Origin: Flaccisagitta enflata
Lineage: Eukaryota
Length of the DNA stretch: 64,000 nucleotides
Assembly: GCA_965153355.1 (NCBI GenBank)
Contig: OZ231126.1
Coordinates: 186,001 to 250,000 of the forward strand
Direction of reading: 5' to 3'
Shown here piece by piece: positions 41,339-54,213 of this stretch. The notes beneath the pieces were generated by a model. That model had not been told where the DNA came from. It ran no database searches and saw nothing but the letters and a program-made list of their open reading frames with translations. Position 1 is the stretch's first letter; each line of letters opens with the position of its first letter. A program made the position numbers and the translations under genes.

Positions 41339-41730
41339 GTACGATAAATCGCACAATAGCGAGTAACGCTTTGGTCAAAGCTAACCACCACTCCAAGATC
41401 CGACTATTCCCTTCAAATAGAAACCTATCTAAATGAAGGCGGCAAAGGAGCATCAGAGAAAAACTATCGTAAATTCTTGGAAACGACAATAACAAAGAAG
41501 TGGTACCCAGTTACAAGGCTCAAATTTCATCAGTCATTAAAAATTTAGCTTCCCTAGCCTTGAGAAAAGTATAAATATTTACTTTTTCTAAATTAATGCC
41601 GAGATATTTTCTATATTCCTGTTCCAAAATACAAGCTAGAAGAGAAAAGGATCTGACCTTAGAAATGAGGCTAAATTCAGCTAAAAACGTACGACCGAAA
41701 AAGCGAGATGGGTTATCAAAAATAGAAGAA

Positions 41731-41851
<121 letters not shown>

Positions 41852-42365
41852 AAACACAAACACACACACACACACATACACAAACACACTGGTCCGTGAT
41901 GATCAAGTCCAAAACTGTGAAAACGCGCATTTTATGCTGCCGTTATAATTGTTTGTGGTGTAAGTAAACATGGGTTGGGGTATGGTATAGATAGGGGTTG
42001 TATGCCCCTGTCCAACTGTCCGCAACAATATTGTGATACTGCGTTGCTTTTTTGGCTTTTTCTAGCTCCTTGAGCTCACTGCTCCTGACCACCCACACGC
42101 AACTGGAGTACCTACGCATCCGGCCTTGTTAGTTGCGAACACGCATCTCTATAAGAGGCTTTGTCTTTCAGTTGGTCTGTTGGTCCGTCTGTGATGATCC
42201 AGTTGAAAAGTGGAAAAAAGAGCATTTACAAATCATTTTGCATATGTTTGTGTGTGGGCAGGAGGTTGGGGTGTGGATTGGGAATGGATGCCTCTGCCCA
42301 TTCGTCCGCAACGGTATTGTGACCCCGCGTCACTTGTTTTTCTGAAATTACATTCTGATAATGTA

Positions 42366-43050
42366 CAGTGGAAATTCGATATAACGGTCTTGAAGGGACT
42401 GGGTGATTTTGGTTGTTAAATCCGAAATGTTGTTAAATCGAATTACTAATTTTTGTCATTATTTTCTTTTCAAAAAAGATTACAACAAAGTTAAATATGT
42501 AAATTTAAGTGCTCGATGAATAGAAATAGTTAAGCATTTATGCATCTGGTAAACTCAGTGACAGATTGACAGACATAGCCTCTGATAAGCCTGTTTGGTA
42601 TATCAAAGAATTATCTTCATATATAAAATGCTAAAACTATTTAATTAAGTAAAAAATATGACAATAATGAAAGAAAAATTGATCTTGATTCAAATCTCTC
42701 TATATATTATTAAATATGTCTGTTTTGTCAAACTTTATATTTTTTTTAACATTCTACTTTTGTATGCTTTTTTTACCTTTTTTGTTTCTTATGTAGCTAA
42801 AAATGGATAGCTGAAAAAAAAATTACCATAGATTTAATCAAATCTTGTATCGATGCCTTTGAATTAAGGATAATTTTTCAATGGGAACAAAAAATAGTGC
42901 CTGTAAATCAGATTTGGCTGTTAAACCAGGTGTTGTTAAATCAGGAAAAATTAACATTGTAAAAGCCTAAAGAAATTAGGGACCAAGGTAACCTGGCTGT
43001 TAAATCCGAGATGCTTTTAAATCAGGTGCCGATAAGGCAGTAGTCCACTG
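42366..43050. mobile_element. Tigger/pogo-like MITE
   Basis: TA|cagtgga ... tccactg|TA; subterminal tgttaaatc repeats. Confidence 0.75.
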
Positions 43051-43157
43051 TATGTCAATCTCATGTTAATACTGCTTTTGATTTTACATAAAAGGTGATT
43101 TATCATGATTCAATTGAGTCGTATCTTGATATATTGAGGCCTTGGTTTCCATTTCAG

Positions 43158-43208
43158 GCAAACCGCAATCCGTGTGGTGGATCATATCTTTATGAAGCAC
43201 CTGACGAG
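43158..43208 (+). CDS. Candidate linker exon (ANRNPCGGSYLYEAPDE)
   Basis: Strong ttccatttcag acceptor and gtgagc donor, 51 nt, phase 0-0. Confidence 0.5.
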
Positions 43209-44419
43209 GTGAGCTTGATTAAAATAGATGCTAAGGTTTTGGGGAGGAAATTTGGATGTCTTTTCTGCCAGCATGTCGTTATAGTGAGTTGCAGAAGTAA
43301 TGATATATTTGTGTTGCAGGTGTGATATCACACCACAAATACTGATACCATTGTAGTGATCACTATCTGGCGATAGATAGTTAGCTATTGTAACAAGATT
43401 CAATACCAAGCAAACAATTTTTTAGCTCTATTTTACTTGTGCTTTGGAAAAAAGTGGAAGGATCCATCTGCCCGTAGTTGTGTTTTTTTTCTCACTAAAG
43501 GGGGCAGTAAGTTCAGTAACCGTACATGAAGTTCATTGGCTACAAAAAAGACATGTGCAATACCAGATATTATAGTACCAAACATGAAATTTTTTGTCAA
43601 TGCTTTTTTGTATATTAGTAGTTAAGATATTATGCAAAGGGATTTTTGGACTATAAATGAGGTCGATTGATTTGGAGCAATGAAACTCAAGTCCGCTGAA
43701 ACAAATATGAAGTAAAATAGAAATGACCAACCAACCAATCTATCAACCTACCGATAGACATAAGGGGCGTATCCAGTCACAGACACCGCGTTTTAGTCGC
43801 GTGCACCGCGACTCTGCAACCCGCTGTGTCGGTCGGTCAGTTGGTCACACTTTTTTATGATTTTATTTCTTTAACCTCACTACCCTGCCCAAATGGTCTG
43901 GTGACCTCAATTATGGCTCCTGCCCACCCGCACGCGACTTCGGTAGCCGTGTATCCGGCCTTGATAATTGGCCACTCGGTCGCTCACCATGTTTTTTCAT
44001 TTTTCACATCGCTCACTCCACGCACTCCCAAAGCAGCACTTCGCTCTGCTTTACTCGCTTTGCTCGCTTGCTACGTCCTTAGGCTCACTCACTCACTCTT
44101 TTTGCTCTCTCTCTCTCTCCTTGAATTTCATGAATATATGTTCATGCGCTTTTAGTTGCGTGCTATGCGACTCTACACCCCACTTTGTTGGTCCGTCCGT
44201 CAGTCCGTTGGTCCGTCAATCACACTTTAATTTTTGTGGGTTTTTATGGTTTTTGGCCTCACTGCTCCTGCCCAAATGATATGTTGACCTTGATTATGGC
44301 CCCTGCCCACCTGCATGCGACTGGGGTAGCCGTGTATCCGGCCTTGTTGTCTTCACTGGAAACACACCCGAAGTGGGGGGTAGTTTTGTAGTGCGCGATG
44401 GAAAAAAATGTTTTGAGTA

Positions 44420-44873
44420 CACTCTTTTTTTTTTATAAGAACCTAGTTTATAAGAACGTCAAGGCTTTGAATGGCCCCAAAATTAAGAACATCTTAAGAA
44501 CATACAAAGGCTTCAAATCTTGATAAGAAAATTTTGCTTATGATGATATTTAAAGAATACCAAAAAAACACTTGAATTTTAGTATAATTAAGATGATATT
44601 TTATAATTTCTAAATAAATATCATGAAAATATTCTTTGACATTAATGATTGACATTTGTTTTAACAGTATTTGATAGAAACATATTTAGTATAATTGAGT
44701 AATAGTATATTATAAGGTTTCCTATAGTTTATATAGTATTAAATTAATATAGTATTAAATTATATAGTATTAAATCAAGAACGCTCTAAGAACATTGAAG
44801 GCTTCATTTGGCCTTGAAAATAAGAACATGAAGCCTTCGAAAAAAAAATGACGTTCTTAAAAAAAAAAGAGTG
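44420..44873. mobile_element. CAC..GTG MITE
   Basis: TA|cactctttttt..taagaac ... gttcttaaaaaaaaaagagtg|TA. Confidence 0.85.
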
Positions 44874-45961
44874 TATTTAATGCAAACAACAGGAAGAAAT
44901 ATTCTATTTCAAGTTGCGTGCTACATGACTCTACAATTTGTTTTGTCCGTCTAATTGCTCCTATCCAACTAACCTCCAATACAAAATCTTCTAAGATTTA
45001 AAAAAAAAAAAAATCAGGATATGGGATCTAGGCCAATTACGTCATTTCCTATCCATTGCACCCCACTAGTGAAGACCAATTTTGAAAAAAAAGGTCATTA
45101 GACCTAAGTCATGTGTGTCGTTACTTTCAAAAAAAAGTCAGGCAGACAAACAGACTAACAACTTTTAAAAAAAAAATTTAAAATAGTTGTTCACTTCTCC
45201 AAGTTTCTTCTCTACTATTCAGAGACATGAAAATTGCAGTAAAAAGCGTTTAAAAACCTTTTTGTGACGGACGGACCAAAAATTGAATTATAGAGTCGCG
45301 CAGCACGCGACTAAAAATTTTGTGATTCTTTTTCAAAGGCAACAAGTCGCGACACAAAAGTTTCTAAGTTTTTTAGAAAAAGTCAAATTTCAGGATTTTG
45401 GATCTTAGCGAATTAAGTCATTTCCTATCTATTGCACCCCACTTTTTTCTTTTCATAAAAAATTCTCTTTGAGGGCTTTTTTGAGGGCCCTTAGGGGCCC
45501 CTAAGTAGTTAATAATGACATTTACTTAAAGAGAGCCGCATAAGAATTTGAATCTCTGCAGTCAAACAAAACCAAGAACCTCTAGATTGGTAGTGATTTA
45601 CACCTGTCATGACTCTAGACACTTCAGGGGGTGAGCTTTTAGTCGCGGACACGCGACTTTAGAACTTGCCGTGTTGGTCGGTAGGTCGGTAGGTTGGTAG
45701 GTAAGAAATATTGTTAAATTGCGAGCGGTTTTTGCATAATGGCTCCTGCCCAACGGTTCGCGACTTTATTGCCGTTTATCCGACCTTGTTTTCAAACCGC
45801 GATGCGATCCCAGCCTTATGATTAAAAGTTGTAGCTCGTCGCCTATCTATGTTTAGAAAAAAGTGATAAGAGTAAAACTACAATGATCTGAGTGACTGAA
45901 CAAGAATATGAATAGCAATCAACCCAGTCTAAGATAGGCAGATCATTCATTCGTGATCCAG

Positions 45962-47627
45962 ATTGATCTTACAAGCGCATCCTCAACCGACCAAGAAGTT
46001 TGTCAGCGTGACGGTCTTTCATCATGCTCGAATGAAAATCCACCCCATGACCATACGCATGCACAAGATAATGCTTTACAGATCCCAAAAGCCACAACCG
46101 CAGAATTTGTTTCATCTACATTGAATGAAAATTCCAAATATGACGGGCATCACATGATAGGCAATATCAATTGCAATCCACAAATGTCAAGAAGGATAAA
46201 TTTGGCCCTGTTGATGACCGCGCTTCAGCAAAAAGCCAATGCAACATCATGCATCTCTATTGCAACATCACTCCCGTCTCATGTACCATCGCCGGCCTCT
46301 CACACAGCATCGCCAGCCTCAAATGCAACTTGGATGGCCTCAGATGTAACATCGCTGGCCTCTTCTGTATCATCCCCGACCGCTACTGCAACATCGCTAG
46401 CCTCAAATGTGACATCAACATTCTCTGAAGAAACAATGTTTTCCTTAGATGTAACCTTGCCAGCCTCTAACACGACATCGACCATTTTTGATGCAAAATT
46501 ACCAGCCTCAAAAGAAGAATTTGTGGTCTCTTCTGTAACATCGTCAACCTCTACCACATTGTCGTTGGCTGCCCCTGCAACATTGCCAGCCTCGACTGCA
46601 ACTTTGCTGGCCTCCAATGTAACTTCACTGGCTGCTGAAGGAATATCGCCAGCCTCTAATGCAACAACGTCATTCTCTGAAGAAACAGCATTGGCCTTAC
46701 ATGAAACTTTGCCAGCCTCTTTTGCAACATCGCCAGCTTTTAATGCAACAATGACAGCCTCTACTGCAACATCACCAGCTCCCAATGCAACATCAGCAGC
46801 CGTCCACTCAACTGGAACATCTACTTCATCAGACTGGTTGTGGCAAGCTCTTCAGTCTCATAGAAAAGAAGAGAGTGATGACCTATTTTGCATTCCTCAA
46901 GCGAGAGGGCCTAAAATCGTCCTTGTGAAGCTACCGGTTCAGCGTAAAGAGGGAGTTTCACAGCGGCAATTGGATAATCTTTCCAAAAAGTTTTTTGAAG
47001 TAGCGAAAGTGTCTACAAATGACATTGTTGGACTTCTGGCGACCATGGTGAAACAGTCGGGAAAATTGGATGAAATCTTGAATTACTTAAATATTACTAA
47101 GCCATCAGAAGTTGATCCACTGAAGTATCGAAAATTGCTGAGTGTGAGTAACAACAAGATGCGAATTATGATAAGAGAGCTCAAAGCCGACAAAGTCCCA
47201 GTAAAATCTTACTACTGGGTTGAACAGCAAATAAAAAATATTCAAGAAATCAATGGTGACTATGTTGCTGAGGAAATTGCTTTGTTGGTCCACAAGGAAG
47301 ATCCGAAAAGTCAAAAACAAGGTGCTAAGAGTGTTGTCGTAGAGAACAGACCACTCGTGTATCATGGTAATCTGAAACAATATGTTTGCGCAACCATTCT
47401 TGCTCTTGAGTCAGAGAAGAAGCTAGTTTTGAACAAGGAAGGAGTTTCTGAAGGCATAATAGAGGTCCAATGGAGTGGAGATAAGGCTGCTGATGTCTTT
47501 CTTCTCAATTTTCAAATTATGAATGTCACACACGCTCAAGCTCAAGACAATACATGTTGTGCTCTCATGTTTGAGGGCCCTGATACATACAAGAACCTCC
47601 AAACAGTTTTACAGCGATGTGACATTG
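45962..47627 (+). CDS. RAG1/Transib-like DDE transposase-derived protein, large exon A (heptad repeats, helical region, first catalytic Asp)
   Basis: 1.67-kb open frame; IEVQWSGDK...FQIMNV...NT...FEGPDTYKNLQTVL; phase-1 donor g|gtatct at 47627. Confidence 0.85.
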
Positions 47628-48131
47628 GTATCTTCCTTTTATCTTTAATAAAGCTTTTGTACTTTTTGAAATAGTGGATAAGACTGCAAATTTTTGCCTT
47701 ACTAAGAATAGGTCAGCGGCCCCTTTGGAGCTGCTGCCCCTCTCACCATCACACATCCACATACACTCAGTCACTCACGTAGGGGCATCGGGTACTGCTG
47801 ACCATCTAACGCTTTTGCAACTATACCAAATGGTCAACTCTACAGGAACCAGGTTGCGCTCATCTCTTAGATTTTTTTATGTAGATTTCTTTGAGGTAAG
47901 GTGAGGTGAGGGGAGGCAAATAGCTGGAGAGACAAAAATGATTCTGTTTTTTTTTTCAGCGCCTTTTTAAGTGCTTTCATGGAAAAAATGCAAAGGATAT
48001 CACATGGATATGCATTATCTCGCAATTTTTATACTTCAAGTTGCAATATTGTTATAACAATTGATGACATTTCAAATCAAAAGGGGCGGTAATTGGGAAG
48101 TTATATATATATATATACATATATATACATA

Positions 48132-48609
48132 CCGTATTCTCTCCATCAAGCGCCCCCCCCTCCAAAAAGTGCCCCCCCTCTTTTTTCTTGGTATTACACT
48201 TTTCAGAAAAGATTTGGACAAAAATATTTAGTAAAATGATGAAATGTTACAACTCAATGAACCATTTTCAAAGACTTTCAGACAGATATGCATTGAATAT
48301 CTCCACTTTGAGTTAAATTTAGCATTTTGGTTGCCCTTCATGAAAAAGATAGACTGAATGACAGTTCATCTATGATACAAAGGGGACGCTAATTGGAAGT
48401 GTAAAGGCAAAATCATATTTCAATTTCAAAATCGCCCCAAGCGCTTTTTAGAGAAGATATTTTCATCAAAAAAGTGAAGAAAACATGAAAGATTCAGTGA
48501 TTGATTGAAAACTTTTATAGGCACAGGGGGCGCTAATTGGATGGTAAAATGACAATGCCATATTCCTATTCTAAAAGCGCCCGGGGCGCTAATTGGGAAA
48601 CAAATACAG
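48132..48609. mobile_element. Tigger/pogo-like MITE inside the transposase intron
   Basis: TA|ccgtatt..agcgcccc ... ggggcgct..aatacag|TA. Confidence 0.75.
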
Positions 48610-48654
48610 TATATATTTTCCATATATCAGATTCCTAAAGAAACATGAACCTAA

Positions 48655-49461
48655 TCCCAGGAAAAAAGTCCAGTCAGTCTTCATTGCATTATATTCGGAA
48701 AACAGGATTTCATTTTCTTATGAGAAAGTTGAGGCTCTCCTAGGGGCGATTAGGGCCTTTCAATAAAATTGATAGAATTGATAAATTTGATAATTCTCTT
48801 TCATTTGGCGCCAAGCAGAAAGCTCTACAAATACTTTTCGCGTTATGATTTTTAAAGATTTATTTACATTTAAATGAGGAAATTTTTTTTCGATTTTTTA
48901 TGATTTTGTGTTCGATCAATAAAGGAGTGTATTTATGTTTAGTTGAGCATGCAAATACAAGAAAATATGATTATGAGCACAGCTGCTCATTGGTGAGGGT
49001 ATTTTTTAGCATTTTAGCTCATTTAGCTCACTTAGCTCAGTCTGTTCTTTCTGATTTCAAATATGATGAATAAATAAATATTTTCAAACTCGTTAAGCAA
49101 GCAAATAAAAACACATGTCAAGGAGCAGAGCTGCTTATCTGTGAGGGCGTTTTCAAGTATTCTAGCTCATTTAGCTCATTTTGCTTGCGCTTTTTCTCAG
49201 ATTCTAAACAGGATAAATAGATTAATGTTTTGATTTAAGCATGCGAATACAAGAAAGCATGTCAGTGAGCAAAGCTGGAATCATTTTGATTATTTTAGCT
49301 CATCTAGCTCATTTGGCTCAGTCCTATTTTTCCCTGATTTTCCAGTGCAAGTCAATACATACAATTGCTTTTTATTTGATCCTAACAAGTTCAGTGACTA
49401 GCAGTGAAAAATGACCAATGCTTACGACTTTTTTCCTCACGGCGACAGCCGCCATTACTGG
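48655..49461 (+). mobile_element. Helentron-like family A copy 3 inside the transposase intron
   Basis: Colinear with 296-1143, ends ggcgacagccgccattactgg. Confidence 0.8.
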
Positions 49462-49513
49462 TATCAAAGGTGATTGATAAAAGATCAAAGGAAATATACC
49501 ATATCATCCATAG

Positions 49514-52020
49514 ACGATAAGATTTTCTCGTTGGAAGATTTTGAAGTTATTCCTGGGTTCCGAATCAAAAATACATGGAATGCAGACCTTGAATGCCTTT
49601 TGAATTTACGCGGGCTTTCAGGAAATGCTGGCAGTTATCCCTTCTACGACTGCTTCTGCAGTCAGGCAGCAAGAGACTTACCCAAAGCTGAAAGGGAGCC
49701 TTGCAAAGAAAGAACTGTCGAGAGTTGCATCATTTTCTATCAAAAGTGGATGGCTGAGACAAATGGCGATAAAAAGAAAGCTGCCAAATATATGAATTGT
49801 ATAAATGAGCCGCTCCTGCAAAAATCCTTATCAAATGGTAACGTCAATTTACCCCTGATGCACCTTACTATGGGTTTGGGATGCCATGATATAGGTAAGT
49901 TTGAAGCAGATATGTTAACATTTGACTCAGCCTGTGCAGTCAAGTATGTTGTCCCTGCCAACGCAAAAGGAGCTTTCTGCGAATTCATACGCTTCCAAAA
50001 ATATGAATTGAAAATTGCTGAGCTGAATCAACAAAAAGCCTCTTCTAGCTCTGCAACAGTGAAAAAGGCTTTGAATATGGAGATAAGGAACCTGGAAGCT
50101 AAAGTAAAAGAGGAATTTGGAAATGACAAGCCGGTATTGAAGAAGAAAACAAGCCTCCTGATCAAACTGTTCAATAAAGCTCTTGACGAGAAAGGCGTGA
50201 GCAGGGAAAAATATTGGAGTAACTCTTTTACAGGGAACAATATCAATAAATTTCTCCACAATGTAGAGGATATCATGAGTATCTTTTCCCGGTCAATTGA
50301 TACACATTACCTCATGAATGGCCTTCTTCAAGAAGAAAATGTTGATATCAGTCAAGGATTATCCCAAAACTCCGCAGTTCCTGTGTCAAACACACGGGCC
50401 TTAAGTCGGTCAAGTGCACGGGTCTCAAGTGCAACCTCACGGGCCTCCAGCGCAACATCACAGGCCGCTAGTGCAACGTCGCAGGCCACAAGTGCAACAT
50501 CGCAGGACCCTAGTGCAACATCGCAAGCCTCTAGTGCAACATTGCCAGCCTCTAGTGCAACATCACGGGCCTCAAGTGCATCATCGCGGGCCTCTAGTGT
50601 ATCATCACGGGCCTCTAGTGCAACATCGCGGAACTCCAGTGCAACATTGCGGGCCTCAAGTGCAACATCGCCAGCCACTGATGCAACATCATTTGCCACC
50701 ATTGCAACATCGCCGGCCTGCAATGCAACATCGGTCGCCTATGCTGCAACTTTGCCATCTGAAAATAGAAGGCGGCCTATAATGATCAACTCAGATTGCA
50801 CATTGGGCGATTTAAAGCAAAAAATAGTTGACTACACCAATCTTTTCTTGAAGTACAAAAAAGCCTATTTGGCAGTAAATCACAGCAACCCTGTCAGTTC
50901 ATCTGAATGTGATACAGCTCAGGATGTCATAGATGATTATTTAGAATATGCAAGAATAACCTTCAAGTGGAAAACGACGCCCAATAAGGCACATTATTTG
51001 CAGGAGCGGGTAGTGAAGGAAATGAGACGACGAGGTGTTGGGCTAACCCAATTCTCGGAGCAAGGCATGGAAAATGCCAATCAAGCAAGGAAGCGTACAG
51101 CAGAAAGAACTCGCCATATGAATCCTGTAAAGGGGTTGCATACAGATGCAAAACGTCTTATGATAGACAAAAACATCGGAATAAGAGTTTCTTACTTTAA
51201 GCCTGCCACCTCTCCAGCCTCTCCAACATCGCTGGCCTCTACGTCTACTGTAAGATCACCGGCCTTGGCAGCAACGATGTCAGCCTCAACTGCAACATGG
51301 CCAGCTTCCCCCGCATCATCGCTAGCCTCAACTGCAACATCGCCAGCCTCTATTGCTACTTCACCAGCCTCAATTTCATCACCAGCCCCGGCAACTATTG
51401 GATCATCCCTGGCTTCATTTGCCACATCACTGGCCTCCCCTGCAATCTCGCCAGCCTCTCCTGCAATATTACCTGCCTCTACTGCAACATCACTGGCCTC
51501 TACTGCTACATTGCAGGCTTCCCCTGCAACATCCCGGGCCTCTCCTTCAACTTCTATTTCAACATTACCGGCCTCAACAACATCATTACCAGCCTCTACT
51601 TCAGCATTGCCAGTCAATTCCAATTCACAAACGCCGAGAAGAATAAATTTGGCCGTGTTAATGGCAGCTCTCCATCAAAGAGCCAACACATTACCATTTA
51701 TCTCTCCTGCAACATCACTTTCATCTCTTGCAACATCAACAGCTTCTTATTCAGCTGCTACACCGCCAGACTCTACTGCAACATCTTCTTCCACAACTAA
51801 AACATTGCCAGCTAAAAATGCATCATCGCCAGTCTCGTATGGGTCCCCCACTATTTCACAGAACCATAAGCTTTCCACACTATCATTCCATAACAATAAT
51901 CATCCTAACGACGCTGCTATCCAACTTGGTCTTCAACCGCCTTCCTCAAAGAGTAACTCCTCTTACCCTATAGGGGCCACACATTTAGCCAATTGCACAT
52001 ATTGCACTGTTGCATTTTGA
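49514..52020 (+). CDS. RAG1/Transib-like DDE transposase-derived protein, large exon B (second Asp, Zn-binding region, catalytic Glu)
   Basis: ccatag phase-1 acceptor; NADLECLLNLRGLSGNAGSYPFYDC, ERT, NCINEPLL, LMHLTMG, FTGNNINKFL, KAHYLQERV, FSEQGMENANQ occur in the same order as RAG1 YDEKLVREVEGL..CTLC, LHCDIG, NGNFARKL, HKTLAH, SEGNESGN. Confidence 0.85.
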
Positions 52021-53588
52021 CGCAGACACCTTCAAATGTTTCAGTAAGTTATCAAACAATGGTGCTCTGCGACAAAATGTACTAAGTCTCTTTGAAATGG
52101 TTGTCCTTAAGGCCACACGCTTAATCCATTGCACATACTGCACATTCATTTTGACGCAGTTATGGTTTCATGTTTTTTTTTCTTTCAGATGAGATTTAAA
52201 GTAAATTTCTGATACATTCTGCGACAAAATGCGTAGGATCATCCATGAGCTTTTTTTCTCTGTGTCAAAAGCTCATTACTTGAATGAATTCTGTTTTCTT
52301 TCCACGCTGATTTTCAAACATATTCTAACACGGGCTTAGTCTAAACAAGGCTGGATACACAGCTTCCAAAATGCGTGTGGATGGTCAGGGGCAGTTACAA
52401 ACAAGGTTAGGGTTGGAGCTATCACGCCACAAGCTAAAAAAGCTAAGGGGGACCAACGGACCAATAGACCAAACAACTGACTGACATAGCCGTGTATAAT
52501 AACTATATCAAATGTGCTTGTAAAATAAATCTCATACATAGTTTCATTCTGTGTTTCGAATATAAAAACTTCTTTAGACATCTAAACAAACAAAGGGAAA
52601 TCAATTTTTTTATGCAGGTCTTAAAAGGTCGAAAGATCTTTGGTATCATAACTTTTTCCCAAACAATCTAAGCCTTATCAAAAAAAGCGTATTGATGTTC
52701 AGGATCTTTGGAGAATCCTATCGGCTTGCCTGTGCGTCACGCTAAACGGCAGCGTCTTTCTGAGAAGATTTCCTCCGACGAAATAAGAAAAATTCAGTCT
52801 GAAAATGAGTCGCAAGGTGCTACAATTGCTGTTGTTAGTTATTGTTTTGTTTGTTGTAATTGTTGATGTCATTACTGTTTTCGTGGTTGTTGTTGTTGTT
52901 GTTGTTGTTAAGGTTGTTGTTGTAGTTGTTGTTTAGGTTGTTGCTGTTATTGTTATTTATGTTGTTGTTGTTGTATTACTTATTGTTGTTGTTGTTGTTG
53001 TTGTTGTTGTTTTTTCCTTTATTGACTGCAACATGTACTTGAGGTTCTACAACACATGGTCTTTTCCCATCTAGGATTTGGCCCTGATACCTGTGCATCT
53101 TTGACTTTGTCGCTGGCCCCCTTCCTAACTGTACGTGACGTGACATATTTTTTATCTTCTTCATTTCCAACTTGTTATTTATCTTCATCTTCATCTTTTC
53201 CTCCTCCTTCTGTTGGCATGATTTGAGATTCGCCGGGCCTACTACAATAAGTATATCCAGACTTTGTAACATCAGTTATTGACTGAATAATGATAGATAT
53301 AAGTCTAAGAATGAGTAATGTAGTGCGTTTTTATTGCTCATGCGCCGTAGAAATGGTAATTAATCTAAAATAATCACTCCAGAGTAATAAATTTCAGAGC
53401 TAGAAACATCCCTGTATAAAAGTATAAAATGGGTGTAACAGGGTGTGGACACATTTATTATAGTTGGCCCGGTGAATCTCGATTCGTTCATGTTCCTCCT
53501 TCCCCTTCTTCTTTTTCTTCGTTTTCTTCATTTTCTTTTTTTTTCTTCTCCTTCTTCCTCCTCTTCCTCCTCTTCCTCTTCCTCCTCT

Positions 53589-53629
<41 letters not shown>

Positions 53630-54131
53630 TTCTTTTTCTTTTTCTTTTTGTTTTTCTTTTTCTTTTTCTTTTTCTTTTTCTTTTTCTTCTTCTTTTTTCT
53701 TCTTCTCCTTCATCTTTTTTCTTTTTTTTTTCTTTCTCCATTTCTTTGTCCTCTTTGTCGTCGTCTTTTTATTTTTATTTTCTTCTCTCATGACAATACA
53801 ATGGTATCCCACCACTAAGTAAATCTGTTAGGTTTTGGGTTGGATCCTAATATACTTATAGTTAAAGTAATATAGTAATGGATCCTATTGTTGGTTTCAT
53901 AGCTCAAATTAGATTTGTAAAAAAGTCTTCAACTATCAATTCTACCAACAGAAATAAGCTCAGGATTTTGGCGATTCGCACCATTGGATGATTAAAAAGA
54001 TGGATCACGATAAAGAATTCCCGCCATTCCTGTTCATGTTAATTTCATGTATTCGTTCACAAATGAAACAATATGTTTACTAAAATAGAATTCAAAAGAT
54101 ATCAGTGATTTAGTAATTATGGAAAAAAAAC

Positions 54132-54213
<82 letters not shown>

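Noticed and set aside
46300-51623. Antisense Ala/Val/Glu-rich ORFs (46300-46785, 50352-50723, 51192-51623)
   Set aside because: Shadows of the sense-strand heptad repeats
45953-52020. Treating ORFs 45953-47674 and 49474-52020 as two separate genes or as mucins
   Set aside because: They start at non-ATG codons, join in phase across a GT-AG intron, and together complete one DDE motif series; no signal peptide
52704-52816. Possible extra + strand exon SLENPIGLPVRHAKRQRLSEKISSDEIRKIQSENESQ with an NLS-like motif
   Set aside because: Could extend the transposase gene, but no convincing upstream phase-1 donor was identified and the splice sites are weak
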